Positions 47,935-58,446 of a DNA stretch of 64,000 nt are shown here, piece by piece. The notes beneath the pieces were generated by a model. The model was not told the origin of the DNA. It did no database searches and saw only the letters and a program-made list of their open reading frames with translations. This stretch comes from Alphaproteobacteria bacterium (lineage in GTDB: Bacteria; Pseudomonadota; Alphaproteobacteria; CALKHQ01). The stretch is from contig CBDDFZ010000001.1 of the NCBI GenBank assembly GCA_965227515.1, forward strand, positions 2,944,001-3,008,000, in the 5' to 3' direction. The translations under genes and the position numbers were made by a program. The first letter of the stretch is position 1. Each line of letters starts with the position of its first letter.

Positions 47935-49047
47935 CTACTTCACCAGATACTTCTCGATGATCTCCGGGTTCGGGTCGACGCCCAGGCCCGGCTCGGTCGG
48001 CAGGTGGGCGTAGCCGTCCTCGATCCGCACCGGGTTCCTGGCCAGGCTTGAGCTGATCTCGCTCGGCTCGACGCAGTATTCCATCACCAGCGCATTCTGG
48101 ATCGCGCACAGGAAGTGCAGCGAGGCGGCGGTGTTGATGTCGGTGGTGAAGTTGTGGTTGCAGACCTTGCGGCCCTTCAGCGCCGCCGACTGGGCGATGC
48201 GCATCGACTGGGTGAAGCCGCAGCGGGTCAGGTCGATCTGCACCACGTCGATGCCGCCTTCGTCCATCAGCCGCTCGAAGCCGACGGCGGTGCATTCCTC
48301 CTCGCCGGCGGCGATGCGGGTGTCGGTGCCGGCCGACACCTTGCCATAGCCCGCATAGTCGTCCGGGTGCAGCGGCTCCTCGATCCAGAACAGATCGTAG
48401 GGGTCGAACAGTCGGGCCCGTTTCAGCGTGGTCTTGGCATCCCAGATCAGGCCGACGTCCAGCATCAGGTCGACATCGTCGCCGATGGCTTTGCGGATCC
48501 CCTCCAGATAGGCGCAGTCGGTCCGCGCATCCTGGCCGAACGGCTCCCAGCCGAACTTCACGCCGGTGTGCCCGGTGTCCACGGCACGCTTGGCGCGGGC
48601 GACGGTGTCCTCCACCGTGAACTGGAACATATTGGACGAATAGACCCGCATGCGGTCGCGCAGCGCGCCGCCGAGCAGCTCCACGATGGGCTTGCCCAGC
48701 GCCTTGCCCTTGATGTCCCACAGCGCGATGTCGATGCCGGCCATGGCCTGAATCACCGCGCCCTGGCGCCCGTAATAGAGGGTGGCGTCATACATCTTCT
48801 GCCACAGCCGCCCGGTTTCCAGCGGGTTCTCGCCGACCAGCAGACCGGCCAGCCCGGTCACCAGGGTGTGGGAATAGGGCGCCTCGACAATCGCCTTGGT
48901 GACGTAGGGGGAGCCGTCGACCTCGCCCCAGCCGGTGATGCCGGCATCGGTCTCGATGCGGATCAGCAGCGCGTCCTGCGAGCTGTCCGTGCGGGCCTGA
49001 ATCTCGGGCAGGCGCAGGTAGAGCGCTGAAACGTCAGTGATTTTCAT
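47935..49047 (-). CDS. Mandelate racemase/muconate lactonizing enzyme family protein
   Basis: GIDIALWDIKGK, WIEEP, AAGEE, PGLGV. Confidence 0.93.
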   Translation of the reverse strand: MKITDVSALYLRLPEIQARTDSSQDALLIRIETDAGITGWGEVDGSPYVTKAIVEAPYSHTLVTGLAGLLVGENPLETGRLWQKMYDATLYYGRQGAVIQAMAGIDIALWDIKGKALGKPIVELLGGALRDRMRVYSSNMFQFTVEDTVARAKRAVDTGHTGVKFGWEPFGQDARTDCAYLEGIRKAIGDDVDLMLDVGLIWDAKTTLKRARLFDPYDLFWIEEPLHPDDYAGYGKVSAGTDTRIAAGEEECTAVGFERLMDEGGIDVVQIDLTRCGFTQSMRIAQSAALKGRKVCNHNFTTDINTAASLHFLCAIQNALVMEYCVEPSEISSSLARNPVRIEDGYAHLPTEPGLGVDPNPEIIEKYLVK

Positions 49048-49146
49048 GGGTCCCCCAACAGGAATTCTGCGCGCCCGGGGCGCGTGAGTCGGTCGGATTG
49101 TAGCGGGTAACCCGGCGGATGCGACCGGAATCCCGCGCCCCAGTCC

Positions 49147-49201
49147 ATCAGCTTGTCGATCAGTTTGCCGATCAGCTTGCCGATCAGCTTGTCGATCAGC
49201 T
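49147..49201. repeat. 12-bp tandem repeat ATCAG(C/T)TTG(T/C)CG x4 plus a partial copy
   Basis: Units at 49147, 49159, 49171, 49183 and 49195. Confidence 0.9.
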
Positions 49202-49570
49202 GGAAATCAGGCGCCAGGTGCCGTCGTCATTGCGGCAGGCGGTGTTCTGGTAGGTCGCCATGCGCTCCGCCACCCGCACTTCCTCCGAGAAGTCGCGGCA
49301 GAAATAGCCGGCGTCGGTCTGGAACGTGTCGGTCGGCCACACGGCGCCGCCGTTGCCTGTCGTGGCATTGCTCCATTCGACCCGCACGCCGTCGGCCGAG
49401 TTCTCAAGCGACGACTGCATGGCGCCGACCGCCATGGCGATGTCCTCGTTGCTCAGTTCGGAACGCAGGTCGGGCTGGAAGATGGTTTCCGAAAACGCCC
49501 TGACACCTTCGCAGCCGGCGGTCGAGGCGACCGCGCCGCCGATGGCGAGCGCCAACGCAAGTCGATGCAT
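49196..49570 (-). CDS. 17-kDa surface antigen (RT0821/Lpp0805-like) lipoprotein
   Basis: TAG-C lipobox, WSN..TGNGG, CRDF, TACR..DGTW. Confidence 0.85.
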   Translation of the reverse strand: MHRLALALAIGGAVASTAGCEGVRAFSETIFQPDLRSELSNEDIAMAVGAMQSSLENSADGVRVEWSNATTGNGGAVWPTDTFQTDAGYFCRDFSEEVRVAERMATYQNTACRNDDGTWRLISS

Positions 49571-49726
49571 TGCAGGTTTCCGTTCGGTGGGGGAATGGCC
49601 GCGGCGCGAAGGCTTGGGCCCCGGCCGCGGCTGTCGGTTGAACGTACCGGCGAAGCGCCGGCTTATGGGCCGCGAGATGTCGGGCCATAGGTCGATGGGC
49701 GGGACGCTGCAAGCGCCTGCGAAAGA

Positions 49727-50647
49727 CTAGATGTCTTCCTTGTCTTCGTCGGGATCGTTGCCGGGCCGCTCGCCGGCACGCGCCGCGGCCAGGTCATCCT
49801 CGTCCACGTCGCCGTCACCGTCCACGTCCAGGTCGGCCAGCGCCCAGTCGGTCTGTGGCCCGTTGCCGGGCTTGATGCCGGCGGTCGCCGCGGCGAGTTC
49901 GGCCTCCAGTTCCTCGATGGCGTCGTCGTCCTCGGCCTCCTTGGCCTCGGCCAGGGCGTCGGCCAGATCGCCGAGGCCGTTCTCATCAGGCGTGCCCCAG
50001 TTGGCCTGGTGCGCACCGACGCTCGGGTTCAGGCCCAGCTCGCGAGCGATCGCCACGAAGGTGGAAACGCGCTGCCCGTGGTTGGGGAAGTTGTCATCGG
50101 TGCGCTGGCCGGGCGGGGTCCAGCCATTGGCAATCAGCATATTGGTTTCGTCGGACGAGAACCCGACCACCTCGTTGCCGACATTACCGGCATAGCCGCC
50201 GCGACCGTTGCCGTTGCCATTGCCGACATTGCTGGCGCCGAACTCCTCGATGGCGTCGGCATAGCGCGCCAGCCCGTTGCCGTTGCCGGCGCCATTGCCA
50301 CCGGCGTTATCGTTCCCATTGCCGTTTCCGTTACCGTTGGCATTGGCCCATGGGGGCGGGCCGCCATTGCCGCCGCCGTTGCCATTTCCGTTGCCGCCGG
50401 CATTGCCGCCGCCATTGCCATTGCCATTTCCACGGCCGCCGCCATTGCCGCCGCCGTTTCCATTGCCGTTGCCGCCGGCGTTGCTGTTGTTGCTGTTGCC
50501 CTGGGCGAAGGCGGCATCGCCGCCAAGGCTGACCGTGCCGTCGCCAAGGCTGATCAGACTGCCGGCGGCGAGCGCAACCACGGCAACCGAGCCGGTCAGG
50601 ACACGGCGAACCGCGGAAACATGACGAGTTTTGACAGAACGGAACAT
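49727..50647 (-). CDS. Secreted Gly/Asn-repeat protein with acidic EF-hand-like C-terminus
   Basis: Signal peptide, (GN)n runs, DLDVDGDGDVDEDDL. Confidence 0.8.
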   Translation of the reverse strand: MFRSVKTRHVSAVRRVLTGSVAVVALAAGSLISLGDGTVSLGGDAAFAQGNSNNSNAGGNGNGNGGGNGGGRGNGNGNGGGNAGGNGNGNGGGNGGPPPWANANGNGNGNGNDNAGGNGAGNGNGLARYADAIEEFGASNVGNGNGNGRGGYAGNVGNEVVGFSSDETNMLIANGWTPPGQRTDDNFPNHGQRVSTFVAIARELGLNPSVGAHQANWGTPDENGLGDLADALAEAKEAEDDDAIEELEAELAAATAGIKPGNGPQTDWALADLDVDGDGDVDEDDLAAARAGERPGNDPDEDKEDI

Positions 50648-50839
50648 TGGCTACCTTCCAAAGACGATTCAAGATCGGGGGTGTTCGAATTATAACACAC
50701 CGCCAAATGGAAGCCGGTTAACGATTTTTACAATTTGTCCACAATTGACTCAAAGCCAGTGTTTCATTCCGCACGGTCTTGGCGTCTTCTTATGTCCGGC
50801 GCCGGGAGCGCAAGCGACTGGCCGGTAAGCGCGGACCGG

Positions 50840-51502
50840 TCAGAGCACCCCGTGGCGGGCGAATACGTCGCGCAGCTTGTCGCCTTTGGCCAGGTCCTCG
50901 CGCACCTGGTCCTCCGCCGCCACCTTCTCCAGCGACTTCTCGATGGCTTCGGCCGCGCTGGCCTGGGGCAGCACCACCACGCCATCGACGTCGCCGAACA
51001 CGTAATCGCCGGTGCGGACCAGCACGCCGCCGCAGCGCACCGGCACGTCGATGCGCATCACCGTGCCGCGCCCCTTGCTGTCCAATGGCCCAATCCCGCC
51101 CGCGAACACGGGAAAGCCCATCTGGCGGATCATCCGCACGTCACGCACCAGGCCGTCGGTCACGCAGCCGGCCGCCTTGCGGGCGGTCGCGGCCGTGCTC
51201 AACAGCTCGCCCCATGGCGCCACGCGATGGCTGGCCGGGCATGCCAGCACCGCCACCTCGTCGGCCTTCAGGTCGTCGACCAGTTCGATTTCCAGGTCAT
51301 AGGGGTTCTCGCCCGGCGTTTCGGCGAACACTTCCATGTAGAGCCCGGTGCGCGCGCGGCCGAACAGGATCAGGTTCTCGTCCAGCGGGCGCACGTTCGG
51401 TGTCATCGCCTGCTCGGTGTGGCCCAGGCTGTCCAGCGTATCGGACAGGACGGCAGAGTACAGCGAGGCGCGGGCGTGCGTGATAAGCTCTGTGTTCAGC
51501 AT
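50840..51502 (-). CDS. RraA family / HMG aldolase-like protein
   Basis: APWGEL, TDGLVRD, GDYVFGDVDGVV. Confidence 0.9.
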   Translation of the reverse strand: MLNTELITHARASLYSAVLSDTLDSLGHTEQAMTPNVRPLDENLILFGRARTGLYMEVFAETPGENPYDLEIELVDDLKADEVAVLACPASHRVAPWGELLSTAATARKAAGCVTDGLVRDVRMIRQMGFPVFAGGIGPLDSKGRGTVMRIDVPVRCGGVLVRTGDYVFGDVDGVVVLPQASAAEAIEKSLEKVAAEDQVREDLAKGDKLRDVFARHGVL

Positions 51503-51528
51503 GGTGAGACGTTCCGGGGGGACGAGGC

Positions 51529-52302
51529 ATGATTGGCGAAAAGCCCAGCCTAAAGCAGCTTGTCGGCACGGGTAAGCCCAAATTCGGCATCTTCCTGGTC
51601 GAGTTCGCGACGCCCGGTATCGGCTACATCCTGAAGGGTGCCGGGTGCGACTTCGTGGTGGTCGACATGGAGCACTCGGGCTTCGGCATCGACACCGTGA
51701 AGGCGCTTCTCAGGTCGCTGGAAGCCGCTGGCCTGCCCGCGTTCGTCGGTCCCGCCACCCGGACGGCGGCGGAACTGGCGCCGCTGCTGGATATCGGGGC
51801 GGACGGCGTGATCTCGCCGATGGTGGGCAGCGAGGCCGAGGCGGCCGACGCCATCTCGCGCACCAAATACCCGCCCGTGGGCCGGCGCGCCGTCTCGGTG
51901 CAGGTCGGCCACGACCGCTACCAGCCCGGCCCGGTGGTCGACAAGCTGGCGGCGGCCAACGCCTCGACCGTCTATTTCTCGAAGATCGAAACCGCGGAGG
52001 GCGTGGAGGCCGTCGACCGCATCGCCGCCCTCGACGGCCTGGACGGCCTGTGGCTCGGCCACTACGACCTCAGCGTCAGCCTGGGTATCCCCGGCCAGTT
52101 CGACAACCCGGCGTTCGTTGCCGCGGTCTCCAGCATCACCGAAGCGGCCCGCACGCACGGCCGCTCGCTGGGGCGCATCGTGACCAACCCGGAGGAGGGA
52201 CGGGCGCTGATCGCCGCCGGCTTCGACTTCATCTGCTATTCGGGCGATGCCTGGCTGCTGCAGTCGGCGCTGGCCGACGGCATCGCCGCGATGCGGGGTT
52301 AG
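51529..52302 (+). CDS. HpcH/HpaI aldolase family protein
   Basis: VDMEHS, KYPPVGRR, KIETAEGV, G.YDLS.SLG. Confidence 0.9.
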   Translation: MIGEKPSLKQLVGTGKPKFGIFLVEFATPGIGYILKGAGCDFVVVDMEHSGFGIDTVKALLRSLEAAGLPAFVGPATRTAAELAPLLDIGADGVISPMVGSEAEAADAISRTKYPPVGRRAVSVQVGHDRYQPGPVVDKLAAANASTVYFSKIETAEGVEAVDRIAALDGLDGLWLGHYDLSVSLGIPGQFDNPAFVAAVSSITEAARTHGRSLGRIVTNPEEGRALIAAGFDFICYSGDAWLLQSALADGIAAMRG

Positions 52303-52398
52303 AAACGGCCCCTTCCCGGCGCGGCATTCCATCACACGGCTGTCGGTGAACCAGTCGCGCTAGACTGCGCGGCATCGCCACCTTGGCAGTCCAAAAAC

Positions 52399-54138
52399 AT
52401 GACCACGATGAGCACCGTGCCGTCCGGCACGCCGCCGGCCAAGCCGAGCTTCGCCGAGCTGTTCACGCCGAAGATCGTCACCGTCCTGCGGGAAGGCTAC
52501 ACCCTGCGCCATCTGCGCGGCGACGCCATCGCCGGGCTGACGGTGGCGATCGTCGCACTGCCGCTGTCGATGGCCATCGCGATCGCATCCGGCGCGACCC
52601 CGGCCCAGGGCCTCTACACGGCCATCATCGGCGGGTTTCTGGTCTCGCTGCTGGGCGGCAGCCGGTTCCAGATTGGCGGCCCGGCCGGCGCCTTCATCGT
52701 GCTGGTCGCCGCCACCATCCATGAGCATGGCATGGACGGCACGATCCTGGCGGTGCTGCTGTCCGGTGTCATCCTGGCCGCCATGGGGCTGCTCAGGCTG
52801 GGCACCTACATCAAGTTCATCCCCTATCCGGTGACGGTGGGGTTCACCGCCGGCATCGCCGTCATCATCCTGGCGAGCCAGGTGAGCGAGCTGCTGGGCC
52901 TCACTCTCGGCCAGCCTGAACCGGGGCCATTGGTCGAGAAGCTGCCGGTGCTGTGGGACAGCCTGGCGACCGTCGATACGCCGACGGTCGTGGTGGCGCT
53001 GGCCACCATCGCGATCATCGTCGGGCTGAAGCGATTCCTGCCGCGATGGCCCGGCATGCTGGTGGCGATTGCGGCCGGGTCGGCGGCCACCGCGATCTTC
53101 CAGCTCGACATCGCGACCATCGGGTCGCGCTATGGCGGCATCCCGACCGGGCTGCCGGTGCCGGCGCTGCCGGAGTTCAGCTTCGCGATGCTGGAGGCGG
53201 TGCTGCCCAACGCCATCGCGTTCGCGTTGCTCGGCTCCATCGAATCGCTGCTGTCGGCGGTGGTCGCCGATGGCATCACCGGCCGCCGCCACCGCTCGAA
53301 CTGCGAGCTGGTCGGGCAGGGCGTCGCCAATGTGGCCTCGGGCCTGTTCGGCGGCATCTGCGTCACCGGCACCATCGCGCGCACCGCCACCAATGTGCGC
53401 GCCGGCTCCCATGGGCCGATCTCCGGCATGCTGCATGCCGTTTACCTGCTGCTGTTCATCCTGGTGGCTGCGCCCGTGGCGCAATACGTGCCGCTGGCGG
53501 CACTGGCCGGCGTGCTGGCGGTGGTCGCCTGGAACATGGTGGAGAAGCACGCCGCGCTGGCGCTGCTGCGGGCCTCGCGCGGCGATGCGGCGGTGCTGCT
53601 GGTCACCTTCCTGCTGACCGTTTTCCGCGACCTGACCGAGGCCATTGTCGTCGGCTTCGCCCTGGGCGCGGTGCTGTTCATCCACCGGATGTCGAAGACG
53701 ACCGCGATCCAGGCCGAGCAGCCGAACGCCGTGGACGTCTCGATGCCCAATCCAATGGACGACCGGGCGGACGACAGTGGCGAGGGGCGCACCCCCTATG
53801 ACGACGCGGCCGCCGATCCCAGCGTGGTCGTCTATCGCATATCCGGCGCGTTCTTCTTCGGTGCGGCGGCGTCCGTGGGCACGGTTCTGGAGCGGATCGC
53901 CGATACCCACCGGCTATTGGTGGTCGACTTCGCCGCTGTGCCGTTCCTGGACTCCACCGCCGCCAAGACCATCGAGGGGTTGGCGCACCAGGCCGCGCGC
54001 CGCAGCGTGCGGGTAACGCTGACCGGCACCAACCACAATGTCCGCAAGGAATTGTTTGCCCACGGCATCAAGCCGCCGCTGGTGGCGTACGAACGCTCGA
54101 TCCAGGCCGCGCTCGCCGAGTGGCGGCGAAACGCCTAG
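52399..54138 (+). CDS. sulP: SulP family anion transporter with STAS domain
   Basis: AGLTVAIVALPLSMAIA, QIGGPAGAF, GAFFFGA, VPFLDST. Confidence 0.95.
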   Translation: MTTMSTVPSGTPPAKPSFAELFTPKIVTVLREGYTLRHLRGDAIAGLTVAIVALPLSMAIAIASGATPAQGLYTAIIGGFLVSLLGGSRFQIGGPAGAFIVLVAATIHEHGMDGTILAVLLSGVILAAMGLLRLGTYIKFIPYPVTVGFTAGIAVIILASQVSELLGLTLGQPEPGPLVEKLPVLWDSLATVDTPTVVVALATIAIIVGLKRFLPRWPGMLVAIAAGSAATAIFQLDIATIGSRYGGIPTGLPVPALPEFSFAMLEAVLPNAIAFALLGSIESLLSAVVADGITGRRHRSNCELVGQGVANVASGLFGGICVTGTIARTATNVRAGSHGPISGMLHAVYLLLFILVAAPVAQYVPLAALAGVLAVVAWNMVEKHAALALLRASRGDAAVLLVTFLLTVFRDLTEAIVVGFALGAVLFIHRMSKTTAIQAEQPNAVDVSMPNPMDDRADDSGEGRTPYDDAAADPSVVVYRISGAFFFGAAASVGTVLERIADTHRLLVVDFAAVPFLDSTAAKTIEGLAHQAARRSVRVTLTGTNHNVRKELFAHGIKPPLVAYERSIQAALAEWRRNA

Positions 54139-54156
54139 CAGCGGATGGTGGCTCTC

Positions 54157-54450
54157 CTAGGGGGACACCACCAGGTCGCGCTCGACGTCCAGCACCGCGC
54201 GAAAGATGCGATAGCCGAGCCAGACCACGAACACCAGGCCGATGGCAGCCGCGACGTCGACGACCAGGGTTGGCAGGCCCCAAAGGTCGATGGCAACCAC
54301 CGCCAGGCTGGCGTCGGCGATCAGCAACTCGGTGACGACCAGGAGCGTCAGCGACAGGGCGGCAAGAAGGACAGCCCAGGCATTGGGGGCTTTGGTATCA
54401 GGGGGCTCGGCGTCAGCCGCATTGCGGGCGCCAACGGCCTTGGGCCGCAT
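54157..54450 (-). CDS. Small two-TM hypothetical protein
   Basis: Two hydrophobic segments; GGAG RBS. Confidence 0.6.
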   Translation of the reverse strand: MRPKAVGARNAADAEPPDTKAPNAWAVLLAALSLTLLVVTELLIADASLAVVAIDLWGLPTLVVDVAAAIGLVFVVWLGYRIFRAVLDVERDLVVSP

Positions 54451-54664
54451 GGTTCACTCCATTGCGTGAGAGAGGTGCGGGCCCTGGCTTCTCTTGGCAT
54501 TTGTGCCGCAGTTCCATGTGCCCGAACGAGACATGATACGCCGCGCGCGCGATTCAATGGGCCGCCGCGGAATTATTTGCAGCCGCCAGGACGGCGCCGT
54601 GGATTGACGCCGGCGAGGCGCTCACCGACAATCGAAACGGGACGAGACGCGGGCGGAAACACAC

Positions 54665-56707
54665 ATGGCTGAAAGACTGATCGCCGTCGACGTCGGGGGC
54701 ACGTTCACCGACTTCGTCTGCTACGACCAGGGCACGGGCGAGGTGACGGCGTGGAAGACGCCGTCGACCCCGGCGGACCCGACCGATGGCGTGCTGAACG
54801 GGCTGCAGCAGGGGCCGGCCAATGGCAGCGGCCACACGACGCTGCGCCTCGGCACCACCATCGCCACCAACACCATCCTGGAACGCAACGGCGCCGAGGT
54901 GGCCTATCTGGCCACCGCCGGGTTCCGCGACGTGCCGTTCATCCAGCGCGGCAACCGGCGCGACCACTACGACATCACCTGGATCAAGCCCGACCCGCTG
55001 GTGCGCCACAAGGACTGCCACGACGTGGTCGAGCGGATCGACCGCGACGGCAACGTGGTCACCGACCTGGACGAGCCGGCACTGCGCGCGCTGGCGGCCG
55101 ACATCCGTGCCGACCAGCGCATCGAGGCGGTGGCGGTGTGCTTCCTGTTCTCGTTCCTGAACCCGGCCCATGAGCAGCGCGCGCGCGAGATCCTGGAAGA
55201 GGAACTGGGCGACCGGCCGGTCTCGATCTCGTTCGATGTGCTGCCGCGCTGGAAGGAATACGAGCGCGCCTCCACCACCATCGCCGATGCCTACCTGAAG
55301 CCCAAGGTCGGCGCCTATCTGAAGCGGATGGGCGAGCGGCTGGCCGGGCAGGGCGGGGCGACCTCGGTCGCGGTCATCAAGTCCAACGGCGGCGAGATGA
55401 CCCTGGAGGCGGCGGCGCAGTCGCCGATCCACATGACCGTGTCCGGCCCGTCGGGCGGAGTGATCGGGGCCAAGGTGCTGGCCGAGCGCACCGGAACGCC
55501 GAATGTCGTGACCCTGGATATGGGCGGTACATCAACGGATTGCTCGGCGATCATCGACCATCAGTTGAGCTTCACCACGTCGTTTGAGGTCGAGTGGGGT
55601 CTGCCGATCCAGGTGCCGATGATCGACATCCGCACCATCGGCGCCGGCGGCGGGTCCATCGCCTGGGTCGACAAGGGCGGCATGCTGCGGGTGGGGCCGG
55701 AGAGCGCGGGCGCCGACCCGGGCCCGGCATGCTATGGCAAGGGCACGGAAGCCACCGTGACGGACGCCAATCTGCTGCTGGGGCGCATCAACCCGGCCAA
55801 CTTCCTGGGCGGCAAGATGACCATCGACGCGGCGCGGGCGGAGGCGGCGGTCGGGCGGTTGGCCGAGCGCATCGGCTACGCGCCGGAGCGTGCGGCCCTC
55901 GCCATCACCCAGATCGCCAACACAAACATGGTCGGTGCGCTCCGCTCGGTGCTGCTCGAGCGCGGCCACGATCCGCGCCTGTTCACGCTGATGGCGTTCG
56001 GCGGCGCCGGGCCGCTCCACCTCGCCGACCTGATGATGGAGGCCGGCATCGGCCGCGGCATGGTGCCGGTGCACCCAGGCCAGTTCTCGGCCTACGGCTT
56101 CACGACCGCCGATGCGCGGGTCGACCGCCATCGCACGGTGCAGATGAACTCGGCCACCTTCGATGCCGAGGCCGCCAGAACGGTGCTGAGCGCGTTGATC
56201 GCGGACGGCAAGAAGGATCTGGTCGACCAGGGCTATGACGGCGACCTGATTGTGCAATGCGCCGCCGACATGCGCTATTTCGGCCAGAACTACGAGCTGG
56301 AAGTCTCTGTTACGCCTGAAGATTTCGACCCAGGCGCCATTGACGGCCTGTGGCAGCGTTTCCACCAGGAACACGAGCAGCGCTTCGGTTTCAACGTGCC
56401 GCGCAGCCCGATCGAGGTGGTGAATTTCGTCGCCACGGTCATCGCCACCACCGTCAAGCCGCCGATCCAGGAACTGCCACCGGCGACCGGGGCGGCGGAG
56501 CCGGTCTCCCACCGCCGGGTGGTGTTCGCCACCGGGGCGGCCGAGGCACCCATCTACGACCGCGCCCAGCTCACCGCCGGCCATACCGTCCAGGGGCCGG
56601 CGCTGGTGGAGGAGGCGGCGTCGGTGACCGTGGTCAACCACGGGCAGAGACTAGAGGTCGACCGGTTCGGCAATCTCGTCGTCACATTCGCGGAGGCATC
56701 GTCATGA
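54665..56707 (+). CDS. Hydantoinase/oxoprolinase subunit A
   Basis: DVGGTFTD, SGPSGG, DMGGTSTD, GAGGGSIA, GADPGPACY. Confidence 0.95.
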   Translation: MAERLIAVDVGGTFTDFVCYDQGTGEVTAWKTPSTPADPTDGVLNGLQQGPANGSGHTTLRLGTTIATNTILERNGAEVAYLATAGFRDVPFIQRGNRRDHYDITWIKPDPLVRHKDCHDVVERIDRDGNVVTDLDEPALRALAADIRADQRIEAVAVCFLFSFLNPAHEQRAREILEEELGDRPVSISFDVLPRWKEYERASTTIADAYLKPKVGAYLKRMGERLAGQGGATSVAVIKSNGGEMTLEAAAQSPIHMTVSGPSGGVIGAKVLAERTGTPNVVTLDMGGTSTDCSAIIDHQLSFTTSFEVEWGLPIQVPMIDIRTIGAGGGSIAWVDKGGMLRVGPESAGADPGPACYGKGTEATVTDANLLLGRINPANFLGGKMTIDAARAEAAVGRLAERIGYAPERAALAITQIANTNMVGALRSVLLERGHDPRLFTLMAFGGAGPLHLADLMMEAGIGRGMVPVHPGQFSAYGFTTADARVDRHRTVQMNSATFDAEAARTVLSALIADGKKDLVDQGYDGDLIVQCAADMRYFGQNYELEVSVTPEDFDPGAIDGLWQRFHQEHEQRFGFNVPRSPIEVVNFVATVIATTVKPPIQELPPATGAAEPVSHRRVVFATGAAEAPIYDRAQLTAGHTVQGPALVEEAASVTVVNHGQRLEVDRFGNLVVTFAEASS

Positions 56708-58428
56708 GCACCGAGCGCGTGGAAGGGTCGGCTGCGAACAGCGGCGACCGCGACATCGTCACCATGAACATCCTCGATGCCTCGATGGTGGCGCTGTGCC
56801 GCGAGATGGGCATCACCCTGATGAAGACGGCCTATTCGACCATCTTCAACGAGGGGCTGGACTTCACCTGCGCGATCGCGGCCCCCAATGGCGACATGAT
56901 CGCCGTCGCCGACTATTGCCCGGCGCAGATCGGCGGCATGCCGCTGATCATCAAGACGGCGCTGAAGGAGTTCGATCTGGACGACATCGCGCCTGGTGAC
57001 GTGATCGTCCACAACGACCCCTATCGCGGCGGGCTGCACACGCCGGAGCACACCTTCTTCAAGCCGATCTTCGTCGACGGCGAATTGATGGGCTTCGCGG
57101 TTTCCATCGGCCATGTGTCGGAGACAGGCGGCAGCGTGCCGGGCGGCTTCGCCAGCGAGGCGACGGAGATCTTCCACGAGGGCTTGCGCGTGCCGCCGGT
57201 GAAGATCAAGCGCGCCGGCAAGGATGTGGACGACGTCTGGCGGCTGATGCTGGCCAACGTGCGCACGCCGCGCGAGAACTATGGCGACTACCGCGCGCTG
57301 ATCGCTGCCGTCGACCTGGGCGAGGCCCGGATGATGGAACTGATCGGCCGCTTCGGCCGCGACGTGTTCGTCAAGAACGTCGCCGACCTGATGGACTATT
57401 CCGAAGACCGCATGCGGGCCGAACTGGCGGCGTTCCCGGAAGGGGTGTTCCGGTTCGAGGACTGCATGGAGGACGACGGCATCACCGATCGTCCCTATTA
57501 CATTCGGGTCGCTTGCCACGTGAAGGACGGTAACGTGGTGGTGGACTTCGCCGGCTCGGACGCGCAGGCCCGGGGCGCCATCAACGCAACCCTCGGGGTG
57601 TGCTGGTCGGCGAGCTACAACGCGGTACTGCACCTGACCGACCCGACGATCCCGAAGAATTCCGGCTGTTTCAGGCCGATCCGGGTGCTGGCGCCGCCCG
57701 GCAGCGTGGTCAATGTCGACTATCCGGGCCCGGAGGTGGGCGGCAATACCGAGACCCACCCGCGCATCGCCTACACCGTGATCGGTGCGCTGGCCCAGGC
57801 GGTGCCGGATCGCGCTCCGGCGACGGATGCGGCCACCCACTGCAACTTCCTGTTCGGCGGCAACGACCCGCGCACCGGCGCCTACTACGTCTGCTACGAC
57901 TTCCTGTCGGCGGGCTGGGGCGGGCGGCCGTTCGCCGATGGCAACAACGCGGTCAACTGCATCAACGGCAATTGCCGGATGATCCCGACCGAGGTGTTCG
58001 AGAGCCGGTATCCCTGGCTGGTGGAGGAGTTCGCGCTGGTCGCCGACAGCGGCGGGCCGGGGCAGTATCGCGGCGGGCTTGGCGTCACCAAGCGCATCCA
58101 GTGCCGCGATGCGCCTATTACCGTCAGCCTGATGAGCGACCGCCATCGCATGGCGCCCTGGGGCCTGCAAGGCGGCGAGGAGGCGTCGCGCGCCAGCCTG
58201 CTGCTGCAGCGCAAGGGCGACGACGGCTGGAAGACCATGGTGGAGGCCGAGGGCCGGGTCAGCCCCTCCAAGTTCGCCGGCGTCACCATCAACCCCGGCG
58301 ACCGGATGTGGCTGACCACGGCCGGCGGCGGTGGCTGGGGCGATCCGGCGCAGCGCGATCCTGCGGCCGTGGACCGCGACCGCGACGAGGGCTGGGTGAC
58401 CGACCGGTTGGCCGAAGCGGCCGAGTAG
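56704..58428 (+). CDS. Hydantoinase B/oxoprolinase subunit
   Basis: NDPY.GGLH, GG.VPG, EGLRVPP, DSGGPG.YRGG, GGGGWGDP; ATGA overlap. Confidence 0.95.
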   Translation: MSTERVEGSAANSGDRDIVTMNILDASMVALCREMGITLMKTAYSTIFNEGLDFTCAIAAPNGDMIAVADYCPAQIGGMPLIIKTALKEFDLDDIAPGDVIVHNDPYRGGLHTPEHTFFKPIFVDGELMGFAVSIGHVSETGGSVPGGFASEATEIFHEGLRVPPVKIKRAGKDVDDVWRLMLANVRTPRENYGDYRALIAAVDLGEARMMELIGRFGRDVFVKNVADLMDYSEDRMRAELAAFPEGVFRFEDCMEDDGITDRPYYIRVACHVKDGNVVVDFAGSDAQARGAINATLGVCWSASYNAVLHLTDPTIPKNSGCFRPIRVLAPPGSVVNVDYPGPEVGGNTETHPRIAYTVIGALAQAVPDRAPATDAATHCNFLFGGNDPRTGAYYVCYDFLSAGWGGRPFADGNNAVNCINGNCRMIPTEVFESRYPWLVEEFALVADSGGPGQYRGGLGVTKRIQCRDAPITVSLMSDRHRMAPWGLQGGEEASRASLLLQRKGDDGWKTMVEAEGRVSPSKFAGVTINPGDRMWLTTAGGGGWGDPAQRDPAAVDRDRDEGWVTDRLAEAAE

Positions 58429-58446
58429 AGGGGGCGGAAGAGGGCG

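Noticed and set aside
50718-50732. CtrA box upstream of the GN-repeat gene (TTAA-N7-TACA)
   Set aside because: Second half-site has two mismatches; too weak to call.
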